Assembly: GCA_951406725.2 (NCBI GenBank)
Contig: OX597822.1
Span: forward strand, 58,466,001-58,530,000
Source of the DNA: Octopus vulgaris
Lineage: Eukaryota
Direction: 5' to 3'
DNA length: 64,000 bases
Below are positions 13,700-24,835 of the stretch, piece by piece (positions within the stretch are counted from its first letter, which is position 1; every line of letters begins with the position of its first letter). The notes beneath the pieces were generated by a model that was not told the origin of the DNA, made no database searches, and was given only the letters and a program-made list of their open reading frames with translations. Position numbers and translations under genes: made by a program.

Positions 13700-14515
13700 A
13701 ATAATATTTTCAAATTTTGGTACAAGGCCAGTAGTATCGGGTGAGGGGGTAATTAGGGGGTAAGTCGGTTTACATCGATCCCAGTGCTCAACTGTTACAT
13801 ATTTTATCGTCCTCGAAGAATGAAAAGCAAAGTCAACCTCGACGGAATTTGAACTGAGAACGTAAGGACGGACGAAATGCCGCCAAGGGATCTTTACCTT
13901 TTGACCTACAGATTTAAAAAATAATTTTTTGTAACTAAACACTTTCAATCTTCGGACACTGATAGAATGTGTCATATAAAACATCTTTTACTCTTAGCAT
14001 TTTTGAGAAAAACTTATATTTACGAAGTTATTTCACATTAAAGTTCTCATATTTCGGTAATTTCAACCAATCAATGACATGTATTCAGCTGAATAAAATT
14101 ACTGCTGTTGTTTGTCAACAAGAACCTCCGGCGGTGTATATTTCGTTTGTCACCATTATTTATGACAACCCTAACCCTAAAACCTTAAAACCAGTACAAA
14201 CGCACGAACGATGTCATAAATAACAGTGACAAACGAAAAATACACCGCCGATAGTTGTTGTTGACAAACAACGGCAGTAATTTTATTCAGCCGAATACAC
14301 GTCATTGATTGGTTGAAATTACCGAAATACTATAACTTTAACGTGAAATAACTTCGTAAATATAAGTTTTTCTAAAAAATGCTAAGAGTAAAACTTGATT
14401 TATATGACACATTCTACCAGTGTCCGAAGTTTGAAAGTGTTTAGTTACAAAAAATTATTTTTTAAATCTGTCGGACAAAAGGTAAAGATCCCCGCCAAGC
14501 ATTCTGCCAGCACGC
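13700..14515 (-). mobile_element. SINE family B interrupted by MITE
   Basis: Family B sequence resumes after the MITE (gaaatgccgccaag...cattctgccagcacg). Confidence 0.8.
13888..14491. mobile_element. Complete GGATC-ended fold-back MITE with 8-bp TSD (Merlin-like?)
   Basis: TIR GGATCTTTACCTTTTG / CAAAAGGTAAAGATCC; perfect TSD CCGCCAAG at 13880-13887 and 14492-14499; about 270-bp inverted arms; central CCCTAA motif. Confidence 0.92.
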
Positions 14516-14767
14516 CTTTTTATTATTTTTTGTGTATTTTAATAAAAACAAATTTTCCATTAAACTGAAAGGTTTACTCAATACTTTTAGCAGAGGGCAC
14601 ATTTTCCTTTCTCACGAATAATGATGTACGTGCGTTTATTATGTATGAATGTGTCTCCACATGTCTTTGTGTGTATGCGTGTGTATATATGGGCATGAGT
14701 TTCCGTCTCCTTGTGTGTGTGTAAGTGTGCGTGTGTACGTGTGCGTATGCGTGCTTATCTATCTATA

Positions 14768-14960
14768 CTACCTACCTACCTACCTACCTACCTACCTACC
14801 TACCTACCTACCTACCTACCTACCTACCTACCTACCTTCCTACCTACCTACCTACCTACCTACCTACTTACCTACCTACCTACCTACCTACCTACCTACC
14901 TACCTACCTACCTACCTGCCTACCTACCTTCAAACCTACCTACCGACTTACCTACCTACC
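14768..14960. repeat. (CCTA)n microsatellite (second array at 15973-16170)
   Basis: Directly visible. Confidence 0.95.
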
Positions 14961-15159
14961 TATGTATCTAGCTGTTTACCTACATATCTATTTACCTACC
15001 CATCTATTTACCTACTTAACTGCCTATTAGTAAATGTATCTATGTATGCATATATACTTTTAGCAGAGTGCATATTTTTCTTTCTCAAGAATAATGATGC
15101 ACGTGTGTCTGTTATGTATGGATGTGCATCTCCATATATGTCTTTGTTGTTTGTTTGTT

Positions 15160-15229
<70 letters not shown>

Positions 15230-15242
15230 GTGTGTGTATATA

Positions 15243-15963
15243 CAGTAATCCCTCGCCATATCGCGGTTCACCTATCGCGGTTTATTATTTAAGCTTACGT
15301 CGATTCCTCCGTGGTGTTGTTTAGCATTTATAATAAAATAAATATATACAAATTATAAAAATCTACTCCGCGGATTTTCACCTATCACGGGGTAGTTTTG
15401 GAACGTAACACCAGTGATAGTCAATTTCTTTATTAACCATGAGGTTGAAAAAAAGAGGGGACGATACAAGGACAGACAAAACAAACATTGGGGTCAGGGT
15501 ATCGAATGAGACGAAATGTATGAATAAACAAACAATTAAATGAGAATGAATGATTTGCAAAAAATGAAGCGGAGGACGCGGTCGACTCCACAAACCACAC
15601 TCACACTGAAGACTTTGCTTTCTCCTTTTTTATATTCTCGATTAAACAGGTTCTTTCACTCGCAACATACTTGCTATAGACTTCCATCTTTTACGAAACA
15701 CACTTTGCGACAGGCATTTCTTCTCCAGCCTTATTTTCCGTTTCATGTGGAAAACGGAAAAGACGATTAGCTCAAGACTGGAGATGATCATGCCTGTTGC
15801 AATTCCTTTCACTCTCGTCTTCCATTCTACCTCTTTCGCCATAGCAACTACCGAGAGAAAACAGGCTCGCTCCTCCCTATTCAGGGAGGTCGGCGGAACG
15901 ATCTTAATTACAGATTCGCTCGACAGTTGTACTCTTCTCGAATGCGACGTCGAGGGATTACTC
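15243..15963. mobile_element. Tigger/pogo-like MITE split by a Tx1/L1 fragment
   Basis: TA|CAGTAATCCCTCG ... CGAGGGATTACTC|TA termini (1 mismatch). Confidence 0.8.
15421..15950 (-). mobile_element. Tx1/L1-clade LINE 3' end (ORF2 C-terminus + 3' UTR)
   Basis: Minus frame ...AMAKEVEWKTRVKG...FHMKRKIRLEKKCLSQSVFRKRW, typical of Tx1/L1 ORF2 C-termini. Confidence 0.7.
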
Positions 15964-16351
15964 TATATGGTCCCTACCTACCTACCTACCTACCTGCCTA
16001 CCTACCTATCTACCTACCTACTTACCTACCTACTTACCTACCTACCTATCTCCCTCCCTACTTACCTACCTACCTACCTACCTACCTACCTACCTACCTA
16101 CCTACATACCTACCTACCTATCTACCTATCTACCTCCCTCCCTCCCTACCTACCTACTTACCTACCTACTTATGTATCTATCTGGTTGCCTACATATCTA
16201 TTTACCTATATAACTTCCAATTAGCAAATGTACCTATGTTTGTATATTCTGTAGTTATTGGGGTATCTCTACCTTCTACGTGTATCCCCAATGTATGCCG
16301 TGTTTTTGTCCTTAAAAGTACCTTCTATACACCTTTTTATATATATAAAAT

Positions 16352-16497
16352 CGCAGACGTGGTTGTGTGGCAGGAAGCTTGCTTCCCAACCAAATGTTCC
16401 AGGTTCCGCCCCACTGCATGACACTTCTATAGCTTTGGGCCGACTAAAGCCTTGTTAATGGATTTGGTAGACGGAAACTGAAAGAAACCCGTCGTAT
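16352..16497 (+). mobile_element. SINE family A 5' half
   Basis: Head and body up to aagaaacccgtcg, then an internal (TATG)n hosting the RTE insertion. Confidence 0.8.
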
Positions 16498-16529
16498 ACT
16501 TATGTATGTTTGTATGTATGTATGTATGT

Positions 16530-17045
16530 AAGGCTTCCTTAAGAGATGCTTGCATCTCTCCTGACACACGGGAAGGCATAGCTATTGATCGTAGCAGGTG
16601 GAGAAGGATTGTGCATGAGAGGACAGTCACGTTTGAGAAATCTCGAGTTGCACATGAGAAAGTAAGGAGGGATGTCAGGAAGGGCATCGATGTTACACTT
16701 CCAGAAGGGAAGGGTCTTCCTTTGATTCTGACATGCAATGTCTGTGCAAGACCCTGCCTCAGTAAAGCTGGACTCATGAGTCATCTTCGTAGTCATAAAA
16801 CGAGACAGATGAGTGACAACCTGGCCACTGGTGGTGGTGTAACACACCATACTAATCATATCTGTCGGGCATGTGGAAGAGAGTGTAATTCGGCAGGAGG
16901 ACTTAAACGACATGCAAAGGTACATGAAGCCCAGTTACAACTACAGCCGGCTATTACCAGTAAAGATCTTAGTTGCCAATTTTGTACAAGACATTGTGGA
17001 TCTTTAGCTGGGCTAAAAAGTCACATTCGATCACAGCACCAGTAA
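16530..17045 (+). CDS. 5'-truncated RTE-clade LINE ORF2 C-terminus with three C2H2 zinc fingers (retroelement remnant, not a host gene)
   Basis: DRSRWRRIVHE motif, then CNVC..H..H, CRAC..H..H, CQFC..H..H; no start other than microsatellite; short 3' tail to 17091 followed by (ATGT)n. Confidence 0.85.
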   Translation, partial: KASLRDACISPDTREGIAIDRSRWRRIVHERTVTFEKSRVAHEKVRRDVRKGIDVTLPEGKGLPLILTCNVCARPCLSKAGLMSHLRSHKTRQMSDNLATGGGVTHHTNHICRACGRECNSAGGLKRHAKVHEAQLQLQPAITSKDLSCQFCTRHCGSLAGLKSHIRSQHQ

Positions 17046-17199
17046 CAGTTAAGCTTCGTGCAATGGCCATACTCGAAAACGAGGGGCAGCCATGTATGTA
17101 TGTATGTATGTATGTATGTATGTATGTATGTATGTATGTATGTATATGTATATATTTTTTTTCTTTTACTCGTTTCAGCCATGCGGCTGGGGTCATGCT

Positions 17200-17600
17200 G
17201 GAGCACCACCGTGGTCATTCTGGTTTCCTCTGTCTGGGGCATTTCACATCGCCACTCATGTATGTGCCTTTGTTCCAGCTGTTTGCCCATTTGGTGTATA
17301 AGGGAGTTTCATTCCGCTGCCCTCGTCTGCATCTCATGTGAAACTGTTATTGGATCATCAGGCATTGTAGAGAGGAGGATGTCTAGTTCCTTTTTGAAGA
17401 CATCTGCTTCCACCTTATGCAGATTTCTTAATTTTTGCGTCAGGGCATTGAAAAGCTGTGGGCCTCTGAACCATAGACTATTGCAGTATCTGGTCCTGAA
17501 TTTAGATGGAGTGGATGGTACCTTTAGTGCAATACAATAACGGCCAGTTCTGGTATCTGTATAACACTCAATGCCGAAATTAGGTACTAGAACCTCTAGG
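17200..17600 (-). mobile_element. CR1/L2-group LINE 3' end
   Basis: Minus frame LEVLVPNFGI...RTRYCNSLWFRGPQLFNALTQKLRNL...FKKELDILLSTMPDDP. Confidence 0.75.
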
Positions 17601-17612
17601 TATGTAGATTAT

Positions 17613-17659
<47 letters not shown>

Positions 17660-17794
17660 AGATGTACTTGCATAGCAAGAGATTTGATCTGAGATCGTGT
17701 GCTGGAACGAAAACAATTGCAGCGTGGAAGGTGTTTGTAAGCCATTTAAGTAACACACGAAAGCCGTTCGATTCACTTCAACATTTAAGTTTAA

Positions 17795-17845
17795 TTTGTC
17801 AAAATATTTTCGTCGCTTTAAGACCGCGACCTGTTCACTGACAAA
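17795..17845 (-). ncRNA. Minimal type-I hammerhead ribozyme fold, G3-C8 variant core (mirror copy)
   Basis: Reverse complement: tttgtca-GTGAACA-g-gtcgc(ggtcttaaa)gcgac-GAAA-atat-TT-tgacaaa. Confidence 0.7.
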
Positions 17846-17867
17846 AATCCGTGCTGCATCTCGGATT

Positions 17868-17917
17868 TTTGTCAGTGAACAGGTCGCGGATTTTAGCGAC
17901 GAAAATATTTTGACAAA
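17868..17917 (+). ncRNA. Minimal type-I hammerhead ribozyme fold, G3-C8 variant core
   Basis: tttgtca-GTGAACA-g-gtcgc(ggatttta)gcgac-GAAA-atat-TT-tgacaaa. Confidence 0.7.
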
Positions 17918-18431
17918 TTAAACTTAAATGTTGAAGTGAATCGAACGGCTTTTGTGTGTTACTTAAATGGCTTACAAACACCTTCCACGCTGCAATTGTA
18001 TATATATATATATATATATATATAAAGTGTGAGATGCTTACAGCACCTAGGTTTCCCCAAGCAGTATGTGTGTGTGTATACAAACATTCATGTGTGCGTG
18101 CGCGCGCGTGTATGTGTGTGTGTAAATAAAAGTATAAAACAATTAAAGAATTAGAGAATATAAGGAATAGTAATTTAACCCGTGTATCGTAAATTCAAGG
18201 CAACAGGTAGTAAGTCTGATGTAAATTGGCATCGGTATTATTTTGGCAGCCTACTTTCGACAGGTCAATGTTTTTTCTGAGGTTTATGGAACTTTAAGCA
18301 TTGATAAAAGTACAATTTCTTACGTTTTGCGTTTTCAGTATTGCATCAAGTGATAAAGATACCGGTACGCACTGTAATTTATGTCTGTAGAATAACAATA
18401 TACCTACATACAGATATAGAAATCTCTCACG

Positions 18432-18481
<50 letters not shown>

Positions 18482-18557
18482 ATATGTATATATATATATA
18501 TACATATGTATATATATATATACATATGCATATATATATATACATATGCATATATAT

Positions 18558-18604
<47 letters not shown>

Positions 18605-18928
18605 TATATATATATTTATATATATATACACATATATATATGCATATATATACATGTATATATGTATGTATGTATTCACACATATACATAAATGCATATA
18701 TATATATGCACACACACACATATGTAATATATATATTTGTATGTATGCGTGCATGTATGTATGTATGTATGTATGTATGTATATGCATGTGTGCGTATGT
18801 ACGTATGTGCAGTCCGTCTGAATAGAAGCTATTTTAAGGATTTAGCGATTCTCTGGAGGAATGTTGGGATGTCTGCACCAATATATGAGAGATAGTGTAT
18901 TCCTGTGTCAGAGAGTTTTTTGTGTGTT

Positions 18929-19048
<120 letters not shown>

Positions 19049-19622
19049 GCGTGTTCGCATGTTTATATATGGCGTACACTTTTGCAGTATACTTCAGAAA
19101 ATTGTGCAGTTAGTATTTTAGTGCTCTGTTGGAATATATATTACATTCCTTCGGGTTGGGGGTTTAGGGATGTTATTTAGGATGACGATGGCGTCGGCGA
19201 TGGCGGTGGCAGTGGCGATGGCTGTGGTGGTGGTGGTGGTGGTTTTGGTGATGGTGGCGATGCTGACGGAAGCGGTAGTAATGGTGATTGCAGTGGTGCT
19301 GGTGATGACGGAAGTACTGTAGTTGCTATTGTTGTTGTGGTTGGTGTTGGTGGTGAAAGCGATGGTGGTGGTGGTGGTGGTGGTGGTGACGCATGTCTGT
19401 GAAGAAGACGTACTGCTCGAAGCTAAAATAAGTGGGGTGGGATGTTTATTGTCTGGTTAACTGCTTATTTAAGGTTACCTTTCAAAGGTTAAACCACACC
19501 GATAACTTTGAGTTTAATAGTGGGTAGAAGCTGACTGTAACAGAACGAGTGAGCAAGCAAGAAAGAGGAGAGATAGACAATCAGATTAACAGATACTGTG
19601 TGTGAGAGAGAGAGAGAGAGAC

Positions 19623-19659
<37 letters not shown>

Positions 19660-20094
19660 AAAGTGAAGGTGGAGGTGGAGATTACGACATTGAAGACGAG
19701 AGTCTGACTTTTAAAGGCAACCAAAAAAAAAACGAAAAAAATGAATACAAGGAGAGGTAAATGGGAGCAAAATATTTTATGGAATCGCTATCTTAATCAT
19801 CTGTCTCCATCCTTGTAACCTTCACTACACAATGCGTTCTCTTTTGTTTTCTTATTCTTTAAAGTGCAACAATGACGAAAGAACTCGTCTCGAAGAAACA
19901 AAAGATTATGTGGGGTTGAAATTTCAGCAAAATCTTCACAGTTTCATACCAAGCTGCAGGAAATCTCGGATTAAATTTTCTATTTGTCTGAGAACTTCCT
20001 TTGCAAGGTCATCTATTATATATTATATAAGTTGTTCTCGATTTAGGTTCCTCTCGTCTCTAGGATCCATTAAGGCGAAGAAGGTATATGCGAA

Positions 20095-20283
20095 TCCAGG
20101 TAAAAAAAAAAAAAGTCACAGGGAAAAAAGTGACGGTAATAAAGTCAAAGTGGTTTTGTTCGGGGAGGAGGTTTTGTCCAGATCCCATAAATTAATTGTG
20201 ACTTTATTACCGGCCACCATAAATTGTGACTTTTTTTCCTCGCCAAACTTGTGGCTATTACTGTAACTTTATTACCAGTCACC
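20095..20283. mobile_element. DNA-transposon terminal remnant with gtgactttattacc subterminal repeats (related copy 26305-26457)
   Basis: Repeated gtgacttt(attacc/tttcc) motifs in both orientations; shared gatcccataaattaattgtgac. Confidence 0.55.
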
Positions 20284-20449
20284 GGTATACTCTGAGTACT
20301 CTTTTTTGTCGCTGCACGTTTACGTCACTGTAATAGTGATTCGGCAAAAGAGAGCGATAGAATAAATACCTGGCTTTAAAGAAAATACGTTAGACTAAAC
20401 ACTTCAAACAAGTGAAAAAGGTAAAAGAGACAGGTATGTATGCTTGTTC

Positions 20450-20662
20450 TTTTATTCTTTTACTCGTTTCAGTCACTTGACTGTGGCCATGCTGGAGCAC
20501 CGCCTTAAAGGGTTTTTAGTCGAACAAATCAACCTCAGGACTTATTCTATATAAACCTATTGCTTATTCCATCATTTTTGCCGAACCGCTAAGTTGCGGG
20601 TATATTAACACACCAGCGTCGGTTGCAAGCGATGGCAGGGGAACACAAACACACACACACAT

Positions 20663-20698
<36 letters not shown>

Positions 20699-20740
20699 GA
20701 CGGGCTTCTTTCAGTTTCCGTCTACCAAATCCACTCACAC
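20450..20740 (-). mobile_element. SINE family A, head missing
   Basis: Family A tail and body with internal (CA)n. Confidence 0.8.
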
Positions 20741-20741
20741 G

Positions 20742-21045
20742 GCTTCTTCTTCATCGTCTTCTTCTTCGTCTTCTTTTTCTTTTTCTTCTTCTTCTCCTCC
20801 TCCTTCTTCTCCTTGTCCTTCTCCTCCTCCTCCTCCCTTCTTCTCCTTATTCTTGTCCTTCTTCTCCTCCTCTTCCCCTCTTTCTTCTTCTTCTTCTTCT
20901 CCTTGTCCTTCTCCTTGTCCTTCTTCTCCTCCTCCTCCCCTTCTCCTTCTTCTCCTCCTTCTTCTTCTTCTTCTTCTTCTCCTTCTTGTCCTTTTTCTTC
21001 TTCTCCTCCTCCTTTCTTCTTCTTGTCCTTCTTCCTCTCCTCCTT
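20742..21045. repeat. (CTT/CCT)n polypyrimidine low-complexity tract
   Basis: Directly visible. Confidence 0.9.
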
Positions 21046-21489
21046 GTATTTTGTCCCATTCACGGGCGATAGACATCGATGTCGTAAATATGATGAAACA
21101 TCGATGGGACAAGATGCGAATTATCTCACTTGTCTTTGACTCTCAGACGTTTTAACACCAGACGAATTAACGAGAATATATTCTCTTACGTCTACAAGCG
21201 CAGCTTATCCACGAACTAGCCTTGTGTATGTGCGTTCGATATTGTCTATATCCTTCTAGCTACTTCTAATTCATATTTGAATTTTTTCCGTGGTATGAAA
21301 CGTTGAGACATACCAGTAGATGGTTCTTAAACTATTTTTTATAAAGTAATAGACAGTGGGTTAACTTACATCGGGCCTCGTTTCAGGTGGACGTACAATG
21401 TCGACGAAGACAAACATTAAGGGCCATTAGGCCAAGACGCATTGTAATGGGTAGTGCCTGGGAGCAATTTTGAAAGGATATAGAATAAA

Positions 21490-21857
21490 CTAGCACTATG
21501 ACCTGGGATTGCCGGGTCATAGTGCTAGTGCATGCATATACAGCTGCGTGCGTGCGCACATACATGCGGGTACTGTCCAAATCTCCCACCACTAACATAC
21601 AGCTAGCTGGCATTCAATTGGCGTATCAAGTTTCGGGCATTTTGATTGGGTTTTGGATAGAAAATTCACAAAAAAGTCACTTCTATTGATTTTTTAATGG
21701 CTTTGCGGAGTGACTGGGCAAATGTAAAGATGTGCACGACCACCCTTGGACGGTTTTGAATGACCATAGAAAGTGCGAGCCCTCTAACTAAAAATTTGTG
21801 GATTTGTGTAAAGGACACACACACAGACAAACATTTTGCCGTTTATATATAGAGAGA
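21490..21857 (-). mobile_element. Non-autonomous Helitron
   Basis: Minus strand starts TCtctctatatataaa and ends hairpin + CTAG; inserted between A(21489) and T(21858). Confidence 0.85.
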
Positions 21858-21859
21858 TA

Positions 21860-22018
21860 GTCACAAAGAGGACGAAACATCGATGTCTGTCGCTCCTGAA
21901 TGGGACCAGATGCGAATTCTCTCACCTGTCTTTGACTTCCAAGATTTCTAACAGGCAAATTGATGAGAATATATTCTCTTACGCCTATAAGCGCAGCCTT
22001 GTGTACGTGTTCGATGCT
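21860..22018 (+). mobile_element. Penelope-like fragment with 3' half of a hammerhead (related copy 21050-21242)
   Basis: gtc(acaaagag)gac-GAAA-catcgatg-TC; downstream ~130 bp similar to 21105-21242. Confidence 0.5.
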
Positions 22019-22023
22019 GTATG

Positions 22024-22071
<48 letters not shown>

Positions 22072-22072
<1 letters not shown>

Positions 22073-23244
22073 CTTATTATAAAAGGCAGATTTTATCTGC
22101 CTCCCTTTGGGAGTTATACAAATCTACAATATAAGATTTCTTCAATTACAATTTACCTAGCATTTTTAAGAGTACAATGCATCGCGTCATGCCAGGTCCA
22201 GTTTTTAAAATTTAAACTCCAATTAAGCAAAATTTACAGAAAACTCACATTCTGGTGTGTGTGTCAAATGCTTTTCTTAGTCTGGTTTACACCACACGCA
22301 AACGCACACACACAGTGTGCGACGAATAAAATGAAAGTAAATGTAATATTTGTTTCTGTCTATCACGCTGATAGATACATGAGTAAAATGTATGGGAAGC
22401 TAACAGATAACAGTGAGTGAAAATGTTCTTGGAAGAGAGTAAATTAGCGACAGAGTGATTTGAGGAAGACTAAACTGAAAGTATGAAACAGTGTTTATGT
22501 ATAAACAGACGACACTTATATAAACCCTTTGGTTACCAAACCGCCCGAATTTACCTATTCATATTTAAATGAGAATATCAGAGTAAATCTCTTTAGTACA
22601 TTCGTGAAAACACGTATTATACTTCGTAAACACTTCAAATACAGTTTTGTACAAAAATCGAAGTGTAATTTTAATTCCGTGAATTATGGGACATTTTTTT
22701 CCGAAATTTGTTCCTATTGTGTTTTCAAAATTTTTAATTCTGACAAAAAATGGATACGAATTTCATTATATCAAGCAGCGAGTCAGAATTCGAAGGATTT
22801 TCTACTGAAGACCTTCATAAATCTAACTCTATGACTGAAAAAAAAAGCATCTTTATATAAGAGTGAAGTTGTGTGTCTGTCCCCTTCGATTTAGATTCGT
22901 AACTACTCTCACATTTTGCCGTGCAGTTTAACCAAAAGCGGGTATTTTATAGTCGTGATTCATATCGAGCCCTTCTGGGTATTAGCGCGCGTCTACGATG
23001 AGTCTACGATTTTAAAAAAAAATTACCATTATATTTTTCCATTTTAATGCATTTTTTCGCTTTTATATAAGGGAAGTAACTCTCTAAAAATATCTACGAT
23101 GTGTCAACGATTTTAAAAAAAATTTACCTTAATTTTTTTTCAATTTTTAATGCATTTTTTTGCTATTTTTTGGCTATAACTCTCTAAAAATGCTTATATA
23201 GTTATTTCCCTTACAACCCGAGCAACGCCGGGCGATACTGCTAG
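22072..23244 (+). mobile_element. Composite non-autonomous Helitron
   Basis: A|TC start, cccgagcaacgccggg hairpin, CTAG|T end; second internal TC start near 22850; near-identical to 37677-38929. Confidence 0.9.
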
Positions 23245-23362
23245 TATATATATAGGAGAGGAAAAATTATAATAAGGCAGAATGCTAAATTGAAAGTAAA
23301 TTATTATAATTGTTCCTCTTCTATCATTTCTCCACGTGCGGTTAACATAACCCCACCATTTA

Positions 23363-23419
<57 letters not shown>

Positions 23420-23508
23420 TATATACTCGCACGCAGCATCTTTCAGAGCTTATAGCTAGTTCAGTTCTTAACCAAATTGAAAACTGTTAACATTATTGAA
23501 GAGGACTG

Positions 23509-23928
23509 GGATATTTTCGGTTTGAACGGCAGTTTTTAAAAATAATTTCCACGTAACTAAACACTTTTAAACTTCGTATACTGGTAGAGTGTGTTTATAA
23601 AACATATTTTTCTCTTGGCTTTATTGAGAAAATTCTATGGTTAGTAAGTTTGTTGCTGTTTTTTCTTCAATTTCTGCAATTTCAACCAATCAAAGACGTC
23701 TATTGAGGTGAAAACATTCTGTGCCGTATGAAAATGTTCCTCGTTTAAGAAACAGATTGGGTTTATTTACATTTCTGAAGAAAAAAGATACCCTTCCCCC
23801 CACCCCTAACCCTAACCCTAACCCTAAAACAGATTGAAATGCAATAGATCGATACTTGGGTCATAATTATGGGTGACAATTTCATACGACACCGCTAGAA
23901 AAAACTGCCGTTCAAACCGAAAAGATCC
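23509..23928. mobile_element. GGATC-family MITE monomer (420 bp) with (CCCTAA)n
   Basis: TIR ggatattttcggtttgaacggcagtttt / aaaactgccgttcaaaccgaaaagatcc; TSD not preserved. Confidence 0.88.
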
Positions 23929-24517
23929 GTAAAAAAAATTAAGATTTGGTTCAGTAGAAAAAAGTTTACATCAAAATTTGTAGCAATGTTATAGAAAAGT
24001 AAGTAACGCCTCCAATCAAGTTTAGATCTAAATAACATTTTTTTAATTTTAAAGGCAAAATATACGTATTTATCTTAGCTTCAGTGATAAAAGAAAGCTG
24101 CTGCTCTTACACCTACCTCTGCTGCTGCTGTTGTGGCAGCTGGTGTTTAGTTACCTCAACAATTACTCGTACATATGTGAAGCCATAAATTTGCAGCAAT
24201 CGGTTAAGAACTTTCCCATCAGTTGCTGCTCATAGATATCGTGTTCTTATGGACTATATCATTATTATATGGTGTGAGATTTATGTCAAGCACCGTTTTC
24301 TTCCCTGTCTCACAGAATATCTGTCATTGTTTTTTTTTATAGCGTTGTAACACACTCTTCTCCACTTTCGGGTCATTCTCAGTTATCATTCCTTACCGCT
24401 TATAGCATTATACTGCAGGCATTTTCATAAACCTGGTTGTATATATAGTCACATATACACATACACACTGATGTAACATGCATTTATATATCTGTACACA
24501 CACACACACACACACAT

Positions 24518-24559
<42 letters not shown>

Positions 24560-24677
24560 GTCTTCGTCAATAAGCCATTCCATTCCATATAGTATATATA
24601 ATATAGCAGAGTAAATTAATTTATTTTATAGAAGGAGTTCTATATACTGTTTCATGTATCAGGAAGCTTTGTATGTA

Positions 24678-24723
<46 letters not shown>

Positions 24724-24835
24724 TATATATATATATATATATAACAATAATATATTACTCCCACTTCGTCTGATATATATATATAATATATATATATATA
24801 TAATATATATATCTTACCGTTTTACCAATATAGTC

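Larger units (their letters stand above)
17657..17999 (-). mobile_element. Penelope-like 3' end with inverted partial duplicate (palindrome 17713-17999) in (TA)n
   Basis: About 139-bp near-perfect inverted arms, 10-nt loop 17852-17861, (TA)n on both sides, hammerhead fold in each arm. Confidence 0.7.

Noticed and set aside
16506-17045. Host C2H2 zinc-finger gene
   Set aside because: Start codon lies in a microsatellite; no TGEKP linkers; RTE motif upstream and a retroelement tail also present at 11061
20722-21155. Glu/Lys/Arg-rich or Ser-rich ORFs
   Set aside because: (CTT/CCT)n low-complexity tract
21836-22834. ORFs of 194 and 101 aa repeated at 37557-38617
   Set aside because: Chance frames within the duplicated non-autonomous Helitron; no Rep or helicase motifs
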